From: the human T2T-CHM13v2.0 reference genome, Homo sapiens
DNA length: 64,000 nucleotides
Reading direction: 5' to 3' (one strand)
Assembly: GCF_009914755.1 (NCBI RefSeq)
Contig: NC_060936.1
The translations under genes were made by a program, and so were the position numbers. Under the pieces are notes generated by a model. That model was given only the letters and a program-made list of their open reading frames with translations, made no database searches and was not told the origin of the DNA. This document shows, one piece after another, positions 21,452 to 37,293 of this stretch (the stretch's first letter is position 1; every line of letters begins with the position of its first letter).

Positions 21452-24400
21452 CTGTGAAGGGAAAGTTAGAATAAATTCCTTTGAAAACTGAGCAAACAAT
21501 CAGTAATCAGACTCTGCGTATAGTAGTTTGATGCACCAAATAGAGACTGAGGAAAATAGGAAAAAAAAACAAAAAAAAACAACGATTCTCATTGTTGAGA
21601 AAGTTCCACCCTGCTTGGCAGTACAAGATATGCATATTTAAAAAGCCCAATATCAATTTCATTTAGCATAAAATTAGGAGCAAGGGAACAGTAGGTACAA
21701 TAGGAGCCCTGAAGAAGTGATGGAGATGGCTCCAAAATAATGGGAAAACGCATTATCTACAAGATCAGACTTTAGTTCGGTATTGATGGAAGGTCAGGAC
21801 TTAGATGAACTGACAGGAGATGGAAGAGCCCTACAGGACAAGTAGCTGCACTAGATGGGAATACGCTCATGGAAAAGTGAGTTGATTCAGTAGTTTTGAA
21901 ATCAGGATTTATGTTGCAAGATAAATCATCTAACACAGCAGGCTGTATTGTAATTGTCTGTTAAGTTATATTTCTTTCTTTCTAAACTGCTTATAATGAG
22001 ATGACAAGGAATATATACTTATTGGTTTATTTGGAAAATACCTGCAGAACTATGTGACAAAGTTGTTCTATGTGCTGAGGATACACTGATAAAGAAAGAC
22101 AAGAAAGCTAATGTCTTTCTTGTTGGGGAACTTTCATTTAAGTGGGGCGATACCGGTAAGAAGCCCACAAAAAATAGACAAGAAAAATTGAGACAGTGGT
22201 AAGAGTTACAAAGAAACAAAACAGTGGTGGACTGTATGGATATGGGTTTAAGGGAGGCTAATTTAGTTTGGGCAGAGTTAGGTTCACTGAAGAAGTGATG
22301 TTTAAATAGAGACTTGAGTCTCAGTGGAGAGATGGTCATGGAGTTCTGGAGGCAGAGCATTCTAGAAGAAAATAGCAAGACAAAAGCCTTAAGGTAACAA
22401 AACGAGTTTGATTTGTTGGAAGAATGTAAAGAACACTAAGTTGCCTGCAATATTGTAAATGAGGCAGCAAGCAATAGGAGATAGGAGATAAAGCCCAAGG
22501 TCTGTGAAGAGGCTTGCTTGTAGTTGTAGTATCCTAAGATCCTATCTATAGTAAATACTTAATAAATATTTGTTTAAAAATTTAATTCATAATTTGAGTA
22601 ATAATCAGATTATATAAGTTTTGGTTATCAGTTTAAATTTTAATTGAAGAGAGACTGCAGTTTTGATATACAGGATGAACAAAAGATGTTGAGACTGCAG
22701 ATTGGAAAGCCATATAGGAAGCAACTCCACTCAATGCAATCAGTCCCTTTGCCTGGATTGTTTGTAGAAGGACAAAGCTTCGTTAATGGACATTGGAATT
22801 ATCTTGTGAAATACAATGTATCGAATTCTTGGAGACTCCCAGAATAGAGGAATAGGCAAAACAATATTGAAAACTCAAAAGGACTCTCAAGATAACAACT
22901 TTCAACTGTAAAATAATGATATGAAATTTTGTTTTAAAAATATGTGAAGATAATCAGAACAAGCAAAACACAAAAACACACACACATGTGCATGCGCGCA
23001 CACACACACACACACTCACACATACACATACATGCACACAGTGTTCCATGGTAAGGTTGAATGTAAAAATGAATGGGAATAATATCAGAGATAAAGGTGG
23101 ATTGTGGCTTAGATAAAGAGCAAAGTAATGGGAGAGAGGGGAAAGAATTGTCTTATGACCAGCGCTGTCTTGTTTGAATTAGCAGGTAAGTGACCCAGCT
23201 GCTGCTTCTATAACCCATAGTAGTGACTTGGACTGAGAGAAGAGGGAATCTCAAGAATAAGAGTTTCCAGTACTCCCTCCTATTCTAAGTGTCCAGTGAC
23301 TTACATATTTTCTGAGATAACCGAGCCATCCTCCCACTTCCAGACCTCATTCGACTTCTGGCGAGATAATCCGACCCAACGAATTAAATGAGTCCTGGCT
23401 TTGATGTACTCCTATCGTAAACATAAATAAACACAATGGTCAGAATCCCTCCACAGCTCTTGGTATGATAGACAAAGCTTCATGATAAGACGTTGGACAA
23501 AAAATGTTGGATTACATGTCTATATTAGTATTAATGGATTACATTTGATGTTTGAAATTGTACCAATTTGACTTGTCTGAGAACTTAAAAAAAACTAATA
23601 GGACACAGGTAAAATTGTACACAAAATAGCTGATATTCTAATCTTCTTTTGTGTTTATAACATGTATTTAGATCTTCAACCAGTTGAGGATTATACTCCC
23701 AAATAGAATACCAAATATGATTCAAAGGAATAAATGTAAACAGAGAAAGGAAATACAAAGAAATACATTGTTGATGAGCTGTATATTCCTTAGAGTTAAA
23801 GCCCTACCTGCTTTGGTTTTATTGCTCAGCTTGCCTATAAAATCTTACATATGGAAGTATTAACTTGTTGTAGTTAATTGGATAAAGGCATTTATGATGT
23901 CTTTCTCAAAAGGATTTATAAATAACGTACATCTACCTTTCCCTATTTACTTTCTTCTAATTAGCAATTATCACTATCTACTAAACTATATACTATATCA
24001 TTTGCTTTGTTTCTTGGCTGTTGCTTTAACTAGAATATACTCTTGTCGAGGTTAAGCATTTTTCTTTCTGTCTTACTAACTGCATAGGTCCAAATTCTGG
24101 AATAGTTTCAGCACATAGTTGCTGAATTAATGAAGGAATAAGTGAATCAATCAATCTATGGGTAACAAAATTATGTGAAGGCCAAATGCTTATATATTCT
24201 GAGACCTCCCAGAATAACAAGTGATAATGCATTCTTGGTAAATAAAAAATGACTTGAGCTTCTTGACAAATATGTGAGACTCAAAATGGCATTCCACAGG
24301 AGATATTGTGTGAAAGTCACATGTGACTGTTTATTTCTTAAAGCTTGAGCCACCGGGAACCTTTCTGTTATATCCTAATATTTTCTTTAAAATATATCAA

Positions 24401-27254
24401 TATTATATACTTCCCAATAGGAACTGACAGATAAATTCTACCTGAAATCCAACTATACAATTTCTTTTTCTGAAAAAGTTGCATGACTACTTTTAGTTAT
24501 AAATCTTCAACCTGGCATCTGCCTAGACTAATACAAATTAAGGATATGCATATATGTCTCGAATTAATCTCTATATAATAGAGCTGAGATTTTAGAAAAC
24601 TATCTTATTTTGCTGGAGTGGAAAGAAAAGCTAATTTATGTAACTGGATATCTTCCGTATGCGTCTGAGTCCACAGAAACAGTAAGTGGACAGCACAGCA
24701 AGTTAGAACAACAGAGGACACAAATAAATATGAACATCACTGGGCTGACTCTTCATGTGTGACCCACTAGGGCCTGAGCTGTCAGGAAGGGACAAGTCAA
24801 TTTGACTGATCAACTCTATCAGTGTTGTAGAATATTATGAGTGGATTGAATATCTGGGTTCTGTAATTCTTACTAGGTTTCACAAGGGTCTTAGATTAGT
24901 ACAAACTGAAAGATGTTAAGAAAAATGTAAAAAACAAAAAAAGGTCAAGTGTTACATTTGAGGTTTCTCTCCCTTGCCTCCAAAATATTTGACATAAGAA
25001 TCTTCTTACCACAATGTTCCGGTTGTCAATCTTCAGGAGAGTAGCATTCATGTCAGTGCAGTACTGCTTACTCTCTTCCCATGTTAAGTTGTGCCTGAAG
25101 AACCCATAGCAGCTATCTCCATAATATCTCCAGTTTGTGTCACAGGGGCTGCATTTATGACCTTCTGGAGAAACCAAGCACAGGAATGGTGTATTTTTTC
25201 TAAATTGGGCTTACATTTTCTCCACATTCAATGTTTTCTGCAGATCTCAAACTCCCTTCAGTTGCCATCAGAGAAATGCTCCAGGGGTTGGAGAGATGAA
25301 GAGGTTAAAAAAACAATACTTACTGAAAGTGCCCTTTAGTTCTGATTGTTTTACCACATATTGACAGAAGCGCTTTGCTAATTGTTGCAGAGTTCCTGTG
25401 CGATTTTCATTCTCATCTTGTAGGTAATTGCGCTGCATGACAGCTAGGTTTAAAAAGTAAATAATAATAATTTGTAATTAGAACCATAGAAATGATGCAA
25501 AGGTCTGTCATTGAATTTTCATTTCCTTAACTTTGCCAATATATGAGGAGTTTACTAGATACACATGATTAAATGAATGTTGAAAAGTGTGGAGGGGCTA
25601 TAAAGAACAAATTAAGAAATACACAGAACTGACGCCTGAGGGTTAATAAGTGAACTGTTTGAAGGAGACAATCACAAATAAAAAATCCCAACATCGATAA
25701 CATCCCCAGAGCCTGTATTCATTTGCTTGAATACAAGCTTCTCAGCTGAGTTATAGAGGTGAATGACCTCTTATTTTCTGTTCTTTCTGTGATGCCAAAC
25801 TATTCATTCATTTAAAAATACATACTGATTTCTTGTTATGCTTAAAGTACTTGTGATATTCAGGTAAATAATAAAGAAATACAAGAGGATAAATGTTAGA
25901 TTCTAACATCTTTTAAAAAAATCAACAAATACACAAACAAGCAACAACTACACAGACTTCAATGTGCTATTGGAGGGCCATGAGAATTACAGAAAGAAGA
26001 AATGCACAGTAACTTAGTAAACAAAATGAGAAACAGAAAATTTTAGGTAGAGAGAATAGAATGAGAAAAATTTCAGACAAGGGAACATGGAATTTATATA
26101 TGAAATTGAAAAACTCCAGTTTGGCTGGTTCTTAGGAATGCAAGATAGGAAAAGGGATGAAAAAGTTTTTAAAAATAGTTTGGATCCACACTGAGGAGGG
26201 TCTTAAAGGCCAGTAGTACATTCTTAAAAATAACTTTTCATTAGTTAAAATCTTAAAATCTTATTTTAATCACAAGGAAACAGTCAGTGTTCTCCTTTAT
26301 TGAGATTCTCTTGGCAACTATCTGTAGGACAACTGTAGAAGTGATAAACAGACAAATAGCGACCATTGAGAAGCTTAGTGGGATATGCCATGACCCTTCA
26401 GTATTACCTTCCTCCAGTCAAATTTCTGGCAGAGTCAACACTTACACCAAATCCCCAGAGCCACCAGCCCGACAACCATCCCCACGCACAGGATCAGCAG
26501 AATCAAAGCCATCACACGCCACCAGAAGGAGGATGCAGGGCCAACTGTAGGCATATAATAAAGACATCAAGGAGCAGGCAGTATGGGTTAGCTATGGGGA
26601 AGGCTCACCCCTGCCCCTGCCCCTGCCTTCTCAGGGTCCTCCAAGTAATAGAAAGAGCTTTGCTGGCAGATCTCACCTGTGTTCTCCTGATGATCATCAA
26701 CAATAGGCATGGCCCACCCCCATACCACACATCCATCCTCATCCCCAATGGACTTTACCTCTCCAAGCTGAAATATTACTTGCTGTTAAGGCCTGATGTG
26801 TTTGTATTTTTTGTTTTGTTTTGTTTTGTTTTATGCTCACCCATGCCATAAATAATTGCTTTAATAAACAGCAAATGAAGAATCACACTCATTTGCTCGC
26901 ATATAGAAAATGAAGTTTCCACTCTTTTCCGTTATCCCCTTGACTTCTATGCCCTCGAGCATTAAACGCTCAGAATCTTAATGCAATTTTCCCTGCACAT
27001 ATATTGGATGTTTGTAATCTAAATAGGTCTGTATGAGCTTATGAAAACACTACTCAAATGCTTTAGAGCATTAACATCATTCAAGAAAAAGAAATTAAAC
27101 TATATATATTATCAATAGTAGAAAAAGAAAGAATTGAATCAACTCATTTTTTAAATTAATTTCCAAATTATTGGCTCTGAGCATTCTTACCGGAGACGAG
27201 AGCTGGTTTCCGAGTTTTAATATTTAAGGTGATGTATCCATCTTCATCCTGCAT
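21307..27254 (-). CDS. CLEC1B: C-type lectin domain family 1 member B (CLEC-2), complete, 229 aa
   Basis: complement(join(21307..21451,23305..23411,25010..25164,25324..25443,26446..26544,27191..27254)) = 690 nt. [10 protein letters not shown] (hemITAM)...[11 protein letters not shown]...IRWVGLS...[15 protein letters not shown]. All introns GT-AG. Confidence 0.98.
22976..23040. repeat. Imperfect (CA)n microsatellite
   Basis: Seen directly in the sequence. Confidence 0.9.
23305..23411 (-). CDS. CLEC1B: CLEC1B exon 5
   Basis: gatag|GAGTAC...AATAT|gtaag; [29 protein letters not shown]. Confidence 0.97.
25010..25164 (-). CDS. CLEC1B: CLEC1B exon 4 (CTLD)
   Basis: ctccag|AAGGTCAT...ATTGTG|gtaag; within ORF 24896..25177. 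Confidence 0.97.
25324..25443 (-). CDS. CLEC1B: CLEC1B exon 3 (neck)
   Basis: cctag|CTGTCATG...TTCA|gtaag. Confidence 0.96.
26446..26544 (-). CDS. CLEC1B: CLEC1B exon 2 (transmembrane)
   Basis: ctacag|TTGGC...TGGT|gtaag; 99 nt. Confidence 0.97.
27191..27254 (-). CDS. CLEC1B: CLEC1B exon 1 coding part (hemITAM YITL)
   Basis: gccATGCAGGAT...TCCG|gtaag. Confidence 0.97.
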
Positions 27255-27414
27255 GGCTTCCCGAGTACTGCAACTGAGCTCAGAGTTCAATGACTTTGCA
27301 AAATGTAGTTTCCAACTCTTACAATTTCAGTATCTGTCAGTTTATGATCTTCCTGTCTTTAGTAGGGTAGAACCATGTGAGATGGGACACATTTGTTTTC
27401 CTTTGCTTATTGTT

Positions 27415-27537
27415 TTCCAGGAAGCTTCTTCATAGCTGCTCAGAGATACATGGACCTTGAACACAAAAACACAAAAATAATAATAACTTGTGGTAAAGGA
27501 GTAGATAAGGTATTTGCTTCCTGCTTTTTTTTTATCT
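27415..27537 (-). promoter_or_regulatory. CLEC1B proximal promoter motif cluster (GAS, RUNX, GATA x2, ETS)
   Basis: TTCCAGGAA 27415-27423, TGTGGT 27489-27494, AGATAA 27503-27508, CTTCCTG ~27517-27523, TTATCT 27532-27537; 160-280 bp upstream of the ATG. Confidence 0.55.
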
Positions 27538-30028
27538 TCAACACTAAATAAAGGGACATTCCATCATGTGTATCCTTTCTAAGAACAAAAGTTCATGCTT
27601 TATCTTAGCCCTAGCTTAGTCTAAATTATATTGCTCAAATGAGAGATTTCTGCTGAAAATTCATGGATATAGCTCACCAGCAGATATATAGTTTATCTCA
27701 TTGTGAGAAGCAAGTGTAATATAATTGGATCTGATAGGGGCTAAATTAGCTGTTTCATAGTCTTGTGTTGGAAGAGATCATTCCTGATTATGACCTAGAA
27801 TTTACACAACTTCTTGCATATTTCATACTTTTTTTTATTTGAAGGATCCACATGAGGCAGGCCTGATATTGCTTAGATTTAGGTATTGAAGGAAAACTAT
27901 CAAATCAAGTAAAATAATAAAGAGTTGGTGACTTGCTGCATTGTTCTTTAGTAGTGTTTGTGCTTTAAAGTGAGTTTCCTGGAATGGAAGAATTTTGATT
28001 TGATGAAATCACTTCATTTCAAGTACAGCTGTGCTTAGATGAATATTTGAGACTGAATGGTTCCTAGCACCTTTTCATCACAATATAATATGTATTGCAC
28101 ACACTTAACTTTATGAAATGGGCTTTTACATTATTTTAGCTTGCACTGAAAGTAGTTGTAAGAACAGCCATACAAAGCTAGCTGATGCATTTATTATAGG
28201 AATATTGGGGAGGATGTTGTCTATTTTGCCATAGAGTAACTCTTACATAGTTTTATGGCAGATTTTTATTTTTGTTAAATCACCATGACTAGCAAAGCTT
28301 TAAGTAGTAGGCATTTACCTTATAAATAATTTGAATTCTATTTTTCTTTACTTAGCAGAGTGTTAGACTTTTCAATATAGTGATTATGTGGGCTGCAGTA
28401 GCAGATATTTTGTTTATTAACATGCCCTTTGGCATAGCCCGTAGATTTTTTCTCCCCTGCTATCTCCTTCACTCTGAATTTCTTGTCAATTCACTTAAAA
28501 TTATCTTTCATTCTAAATTTCTTTCTCTATACTCTTCAAATTATTTTGAGAATGAGGTGAAGAATAAGCATAACACGTATAAAAGACATTCCCTGATTTT
28601 GGAAAGCCAAACTTAGTAAGATTCAAATATTTTTACCAAAACTAATTCTTAATTAAAAAAAAACACATTTGAAATAAATGCCAAATTTTAAGAAAAGACT
28701 AAAAATTTTTAAAAAACATTAAATCCCAACACCATTTTTGTTGCTCTGTTTCTTATCTCAGTTAAAATATTCAGGGGTTCCCAATCATAAGCTGGGTAAA
28801 TTCAGTCACTTACCATTCATCTACCACTGCTTCTGTTCTCATAACTTCTGTTTCAGCTAAAAGGGATTCTTCGCTCTCCCATCATTTATCCTCAGGCTTT
28901 TCTGGAAGATTGGGGTTGGAATGGGGTTTGATCCTCCCTCTCTTCCTTCCTTTCTACATCTACTCATCAGCAAGTCCTGAGGCTATTCTGTCACAGTAAC
29001 CCCTGTCTTTCACGTTCTTTTGGTCACTGCTTTCCTTCAGTGTTTTGTTACCTAAAATATACAGAAACACTAAAAAATAATCGAATAAATAACTGTGACA
29101 AAGTAACAGAGAGAAAAGAAAATGTGTGGAGGTTATAGTACAAATGACACTTTTCCAATAAAGCTTTACTCTGTTCTCTTAGGTACCAAACAGGTACATA
29201 TGAAAACTTAATTTGTTACATTAAATCAGATATGTAAAGGTAAGATCCAAGGACATTGAGACAATTTTTAAATTATTGTAAACATTTTTTGTTTATTAAC
29301 AAAAACTTTAAGATGGTATTAAAGAGAACAATTAGATTGCTTTGTTGAGGTTTCCACATTCTCTAGGACTTGAGCAGCTGATTTCATTATAAAACATGTC
29401 CCATGTATTTTTGTAAACCACCAGGAATGTGCCAGGATTAGTTCTTGATCCTTTAATGCTTAGAACTGCATATTTAATGCCTGAAGTAGGTTAACACTCC
29501 GCCTTTGAAGATATTCCTTTCCTATATCTCAGGCTCTGGACTTTCCATTGCTTCATTCCTCTTTCTCATTGTAATTTAACCTTGCTTTTTGGATCTTTGA
29601 TCATTCCAGCCACAGTCTGAGAGTCTTATATCTTATCTGTGTTCCACAAAATATACGTTTGCCTTTCTGTGTATCCCCCCTCACATGACTTTGTGGTGTT
29701 AGAAGCAAGCTGAGCGAAGACAGAGACTCTCAGGGCCAAAGGAACTAGCCCTTGATAACATTGAGTTCTAATTTTGCTCCCTCCCCACATTCTATAAATG
29801 TAAGCTGAGTTACTCAGCAAAAATTAAGCAGAGAACTGCAGGAAAGAGAGATAGATATCACAAATGCTTCTTTTCCTTTTCCCAAATCCAGAGTCTTTGC
29901 TAGTTACCTTTTAATCACCCTCCAAGTCCCGTTATTAGCTTATTTTATTTCTGCTTCAATATTTTAACCTTGCTTGAATATCTTATTCTCTTCTCCTTTT
30001 CTTCACTAAGGAAACTATATACAGCTAA

Positions 30029-30337
<309 letters not shown>

Positions 30338-30768
30338 TAAAAAAATTCTTTATTCCAAATTTCCTGATGAAATTGAATTTAAAATAAAACCTTTTATTCA
30401 TTCAATATTTTACAGATTAAGAACACTCTAAATTGTCTGTTTTAAAGGAAATATTTAATGAATGTTAATTATGTTTCAGACACTGAAATTGGTGCTGAGT
30501 ATTCATGGAGAAAAATCATGAGGTTAGTCTTTATGAAGCAGAGTGTTAGATTTTAGCTATGTGAACTTCTTTAAAAAAATTTACAAGTTGGGTAATGTTT
30601 TTGTGACCAGAAATATGCTGTAAGTACTTAGCTTTTGTTTATATCCATTAGCCTATGATCAAATTGGCTTTGCTCTACCTTGCTTCACCTAAGTCACAGT
30701 TTCTAAGAATCTATTAATTGATGACGTTAAGTGAGGACTTCCTGTGTTACCCGATACATATTTGTTGA

Positions 30769-31140
<372 letters not shown>

Positions 31141-32030
31141 AATTTGAGGAACTTTTTAATCATTACACTTCTTGTAAAAAGTAGTACTATTTACCCAGTT
31201 TCTAAATTCTTTCGACTACATTATGAAGTCTTTCATAGACTCCATTATCTATGTTTAAGGCTGAATAATGAGTTAAAGACACTAATAACAATGACAAGGA
31301 GTACATGCAGTAAGAATGAAAATTAGTGGAATACGTAACATTGTGGTTAAGACTGATCAATATACAGGGATGTCCTGTATATATTTTACACATGTAAAAT
31401 ATGTGTAAAAGAGAAAGACAACAAGATGTTGACCACTGTGGGTGTTATAATGATTCCAGACAGAAACAAAAGGAAGTGAGTATTTTGCAACTGGTGATAG
31501 CTATTCAGAGACTTTTTAACATAAACCACTTTTAAACTAAAGCTGTTTGCCTTTGACTTACCAGGCTTTCCACAAATACTAAATACTGTTTAATTTGGTA
31601 ATGGTAGGATTTCCTGTCATAGAAAAGTATAATTAATATTTTCTCCTTCATTTACAGAAAGCTTAAACATGTGGATTTCAAAGTGAAATGAGCTTTTTTT
31701 AAAAGTTAATAAGCTAAACAATTAATAACTATCCGACCAAAATTACAGCAGAGCATTTGTTACAAACAGTAGGGAAACTGAAGGAAAAAATGTGTCAGTC
31801 TGCAGTCATACCGCAAAGTTGATCAGGCATATGTATACAAAACATATGTAAGTAAAATGTTAAACAATAAATAACAATGAATTGGATTAAGATTTACATT
31901 AATATTTGAAGAAAATGTAAATATTGACTAAGAGGAGAAAGGAGAAGGCAATGTTTTTCAGGCAGGGCAAACAACTGAATAAAGGTCAGGAAGTTCGAAT
32001 ACATGTACCTCTTGTAAAAAGCAATGCCAG

Positions 32031-32340
<310 letters not shown>

Positions 32341-32401
32341 CAGTACCATCTAACCTCATCTAATCCACCCAGTGTGATTGAGGGAAATAGTGTGATTAAG
32401 G

Positions 32402-33398
32402 TGAAATGGGAGAGGTCTGGCCCTCTTAGCAGGGTATGTGACGGGCATGTCTGTCTGTTTGACTGTCATGAGCTCAAATCCCTTGTGGGAGGGAGAGCAT
32501 GCAGACGGGCAGGTGCAGGAGTTGGGGTGAGCACTTTGGGCTGTGGCCCCACTGTAGTGTCTAGGGGTGGGTGCCTGGAACCCCAGTGTTACAAAGTTCT
32601 TTTAGCTCTGCCATCTGCAGACAACATAAGTGTTAACCAGCTCAGTGCCTCCCCGGCCTTTTCTCAAGGGCAGAGGGCCAGTGTGACAGCTTTCTGTATT
32701 CCAAGCTCTTGTCCAGCATCCCAGAAGAAACGGGTCACACATGAACTCAAAGGATGAATGTGGGGGTTTTACTGAGTTGTGGAAGTGGCTCCTAGTGGGA
32801 TGAATGGGGAGCTGGAAGGTGGATGAAATGGGAAGGTGATCTTCCTCTGGAGTTTGGCCATCCAACGGCCAAACTACTCTCTGACCACTCCCAGCCAAAC
32901 TCCTCTTGGCGTTCAGAAGTTCCTCCTCTTCTCTCCTTCTCTGTCATGTCATTCCACCTTTCATCTGCTTGTCTTCTCATCTCCTCGTCTGCTCATCTGA
33001 TCTGGAGCCTGGAGTTCAGGGTTTATATGGGTACAGAATAGGGGGCATGGCAGGCCAAAAGGCAACTTTTTGGGGCATGAAAACAGGAATGTCTGTCCCC
33101 ATTTGGAGCTGCCAGTCTCCCAGCTTAAGGGTGGGGCACGTGCCAGGGAACCACTCTCTTCTTTATAAATATATATATATAACATTTCAAGTTCTAGGGT
33201 ACATGTGCACAATGTGCAGGTTTGTTACATATGTATACATGTGCCATGTTGGTATGCTGCACCCATTAACTTGTCATTTACATTAGGTGTATCTCCTAAT
33301 GCTATCCCTCCCCACTCCCCCGACCCCACGACAGGCCCCGGTGTGTGGTAGGAACAACCCTCTTCTACCCAGTATTTCCCTGTCTCTTGTCTGAATCA
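32402..33398 (-). mobile_element. ERV1 solo LTR (LTR1/LTR27/LTR28 group) with nested L1PA 3' fragment (33163-33350)
   Basis: TGAT...TTCA termini; TSD aagg/aaga; nested L1 flanked by a ~16-bp TSD (33147-33162 / 33351-33366). Confidence 0.8.
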
Positions 33399-35173
33399 AA
33401 GAGAAAGTGAAATGATCTAGTATATTTGAATTAAGGATTCACAGAATGTTAAGTATATCTACTATTGTACTTTCCAATTAAAATTACTATAAAACTTCAT
33501 GGCAGGGACTATTAATTAATCATTTATTTGAACATATGTTTACTGATCACTGCAGATGTCCAAGGCACAATTCTATTTTCTGGGGACCAATGGTTAATGA
33601 ATTATACAAGCATTTAGCTTATATTATAGTAGAAGGTGGTCAGCACAGATAGTAAAGAAACATAGAAAGCAAAGATCAAGATAATTGTATATCATGGAAA
33701 GTGTTATGAATGAAGAAAAGTGATATAATCGAGTTCTTCTGGACAGGCTCAAGCAGACCCTCGTTGTGCTCATGAGGATTGGTTTGTTTAAGCTTCACTG
33801 TCAGTGCTTGGACAATTGCCCAGGTTTCTTCCATTTTTAATATGATCCAGAATAATCCAAACTTGCTTCTACGATGACAGCTGCCATTTATTGCTCTTTC
33901 TATATGCTTTTATCAGTTATATTTGTGGCAGGAATTAAATTTATGACAGATTTACTATTAAGAAAAATAAAGCACAGAGGTTCAATAACTTGCCGAAAGC
34001 CACAAGGCAAGTAAGTGTTGCTCCAGGATTTGAATCAATTTGTCTGTCTTCATAGTGCTTCATTTTAATTGGGATATTTTATTATGCTGGTCAGGTATAT
34101 TCACCTGATGGGGTAAATATATTAATACATTTCAAAATAAATTCCATCCTATATTCATCCTCTGTCTCCTTCTTGTGGCCATTTATTTTCCTTCTGCTTT
34201 TAGTTTATTTTTGTTTCCTTTAAGTCTTTGATACCTCTGGCTTTCATCTTCACTTTTCCCTATTTCTTTTTTGTAAATAATTCGGAATTAATTGTCATTC
34301 TTGCCATTCTCTGGGTACTTTCCCATTTAAACCCCACTTTAAAAGTGTCCTCTGAAATAGGCATGAAATGTGAGAACAGAAAGAACAGAGTGAGAATGAA
34401 TCCTTCTGTCATGTTAACTCAATATTTCTTTTAAGATCTTCTAAATCAATAATACTTCCACATTTAATAACTGTGTTTCCATATTTTCCAAGGTGAACAA
34501 TATTTTCTGACAAGTTTAATTCATGTGAGAGCAGCAAGAATTGTCAAAGGTGATTCCAAGTTTTTAGCTGAGAAACTGTACGTATGGAGTGTACATTTGT
34601 TAAGATGAAGAAACACATTGGGAAAAGGTACCCATTTTTTGATGTGTTAAGCTAGAAAATCCTATAATATATCAAAGTGAATATGCCAAGAATCCATTCA
34701 GATACGTGGTCCTGTAGATCAAGCGCTGGTATGGAGATAACAATTTTTGGACATTATCAATGTATGGCTGTTATCTCAAGGCACGAATCTATAAGAAATT
34801 AATTCCCATTCTGGCCATTCTCTGGGTACTATTCAATTTAGTTCATTCCAGGATAAGTTTTTTGTTTTTTTTTTAAGAAGACCAAGAATTGAACTCTAGG
34901 ACACAACAACATCTTAAATTAATTTAAAGAGGAATCAGTTAATCTGAGGGAGGATTGGGTTGTGAGTGAAGCAAAAGGAAAACCAAGAGAATGGTGTCCT
35001 AGGGAACAAAGCATTTTGGAGAAGAAAGTTTGTCACGAAAAGTGAATAATCAGTTATTTAAAATTCTGTTTATACGATGTGTAAGATGAATCCTGAGAAC
35101 TAGCCATTGGATGTGTTTATACTGAGGTAATGTTGACTTTAGCAGGAGTGTTTTTTAGAAATAGTGAAAGAAG

Positions 35174-35516
<343 letters not shown>

Positions 35517-36501
35517 CTAATTAGAATAGGTTTGGGAAGATCATAGAGAAATTTTTGAACCCATTTGTTGTTAAGAAAATTAGAGAAATGGAGTGATCAT
35601 GTGTATGGTGTTACGGTGAACAAAAGATGGCTTCTGCTTGTTTTAATATAGGAGATATTATATCATCTTTGGAAGTGAACATAAGTGAACAAGTAGAGAT
35701 GAAAAAAATGGAAAAATTGATAGAAAGAGAAAAAGAAGGAAAATTACAAGCTTGAAATCTTTAAGGAGATAGGTGGATGGATTTTAATATACAGATGGAG
35801 ATTGATCTTAGATGAGTAGTACAATTCAACCACTGTTGAAAAGAATACTACCTCATATACTGATGTAGCTGTTTTGGTATATTTGACTAGTGAAACAGAG
35901 AAAACTTCTTTCTGAATTTCTTTTTTTTCTTAAGATAATGTTAATGGAAAAGCCAGGTTATCCGTTTAGTTTGTAGAAAGAGAAGACAGAAAGAAATTTG
36001 AGAGTCTGAGAAAGAAAAAGAGATTGGGAATAATCTTTTAGGAGATTTGCAGAACAGATTGATTAGTAAGAGTGCTGAGAAGTTACATTTCAAAAACGTA
36101 AGATAAAACCAGTTAATATGATCACATTCAGCTACTTGAATGTATGCACAGAGTAGGTAGGGTTGGATTTAAACAAGCTGCATTTTCTAGATGCTTATGA
36201 TGAATGAAGAGGTAAGCAAGGAAGTTGTAGCTGTGGGTAAGAAAACGATTTTTATAATTGGCCCTGGTAAGTGGTGCATGCTGGGTATAATAGGAAATGA
36301 GACATGAGGGATTGACAACAATGAGAAGTTGGCATGGTCAGTGAAGTTGCTATCTCAGTGGGCACTGAAATGCTGTAGAGTGTAGAATACCCAGAGAGAG
36401 TGGGCTGGAAACATAGGAGGTGGAGGTCAGAGAGTGAAATATCTGAAACAGATCATGGAAGAATTTCTCATATTGGAAATGAAATTGTCTGCACTCTAGT
36501 G

Positions 36502-36710
36502 CAGTGCTGTTCAATAGCCACGTTGCTAATAATGGAAATGTTATTTACCTGCACTGTCCAATTGCATAGCCAATGCCACCTGTGGCTGTTAAGTACCTGA
36601 AGTATGACTAGTGTGACCTAGGAAATAAATTTTAAATTTAATTTAATTTTAATTAATTTAAGTTTAAATAGCAATTATATGCCTAGTGATTACTACGGTG
36701 AATAGCCTAG
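36502..36710. mobile_element. MER3/MER33-like hAT MITE
   Basis: cagtgctgttcaatag...AT-rich palindromic core. Confidence 0.55.
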
Positions 36711-37293
36711 CTCTAAACTAGGATCATCTAGTGGGTGACTGATTTTTGTGTGTGAGCAACTGATTTCTGAGTGTGGGTAAGGTTATTGGAGGCAAATTCA
36801 AGAACTGAGAGCCCATAGTATTGGAATTATCACCTACCTGAATGTCGAAATCACATGATAATCATGATAGGAGTAGAGATCAATAAGATTTAAGATAGTT
36901 GAAAAAATAATGAAGAAATAAGGAGAATTTGGTAAATGACTGCAACAAAGTGAGTTTTTAAATAGTGTAACTGATAAAATAAGCTACAGAAATGCTGTAA
37001 GTTTTTAAGGGAGAAAAGTATATAAAGAAATGTCTAAATTAATATGATCATACACTAATAATGATAGATGATATAGCTTTTTGGATCATAATAATAGAAA
37101 GTATGTGAGAAGTGTTATCAATCTTCTCTTAGAAATAATTAGGAATCAGGTGACATTCTTCATCATTGTTCAAGCTAAGCATCATTTCATGGATAGTGAG
37201 AAGTTAATACTTTGTTAGGAAGCTTTAAGGTATGTGAAAGAATTAAGGAAATGAGGATGAAAACCCAGTTTTTGCAAAATCTGGTGAAAGTCA

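Noticed and set aside
26287-26851. 161-aa and 87-aa + strand ORFs
   Set aside because: Antisense shadow of CLEC1B exon 2; no recognisable domain
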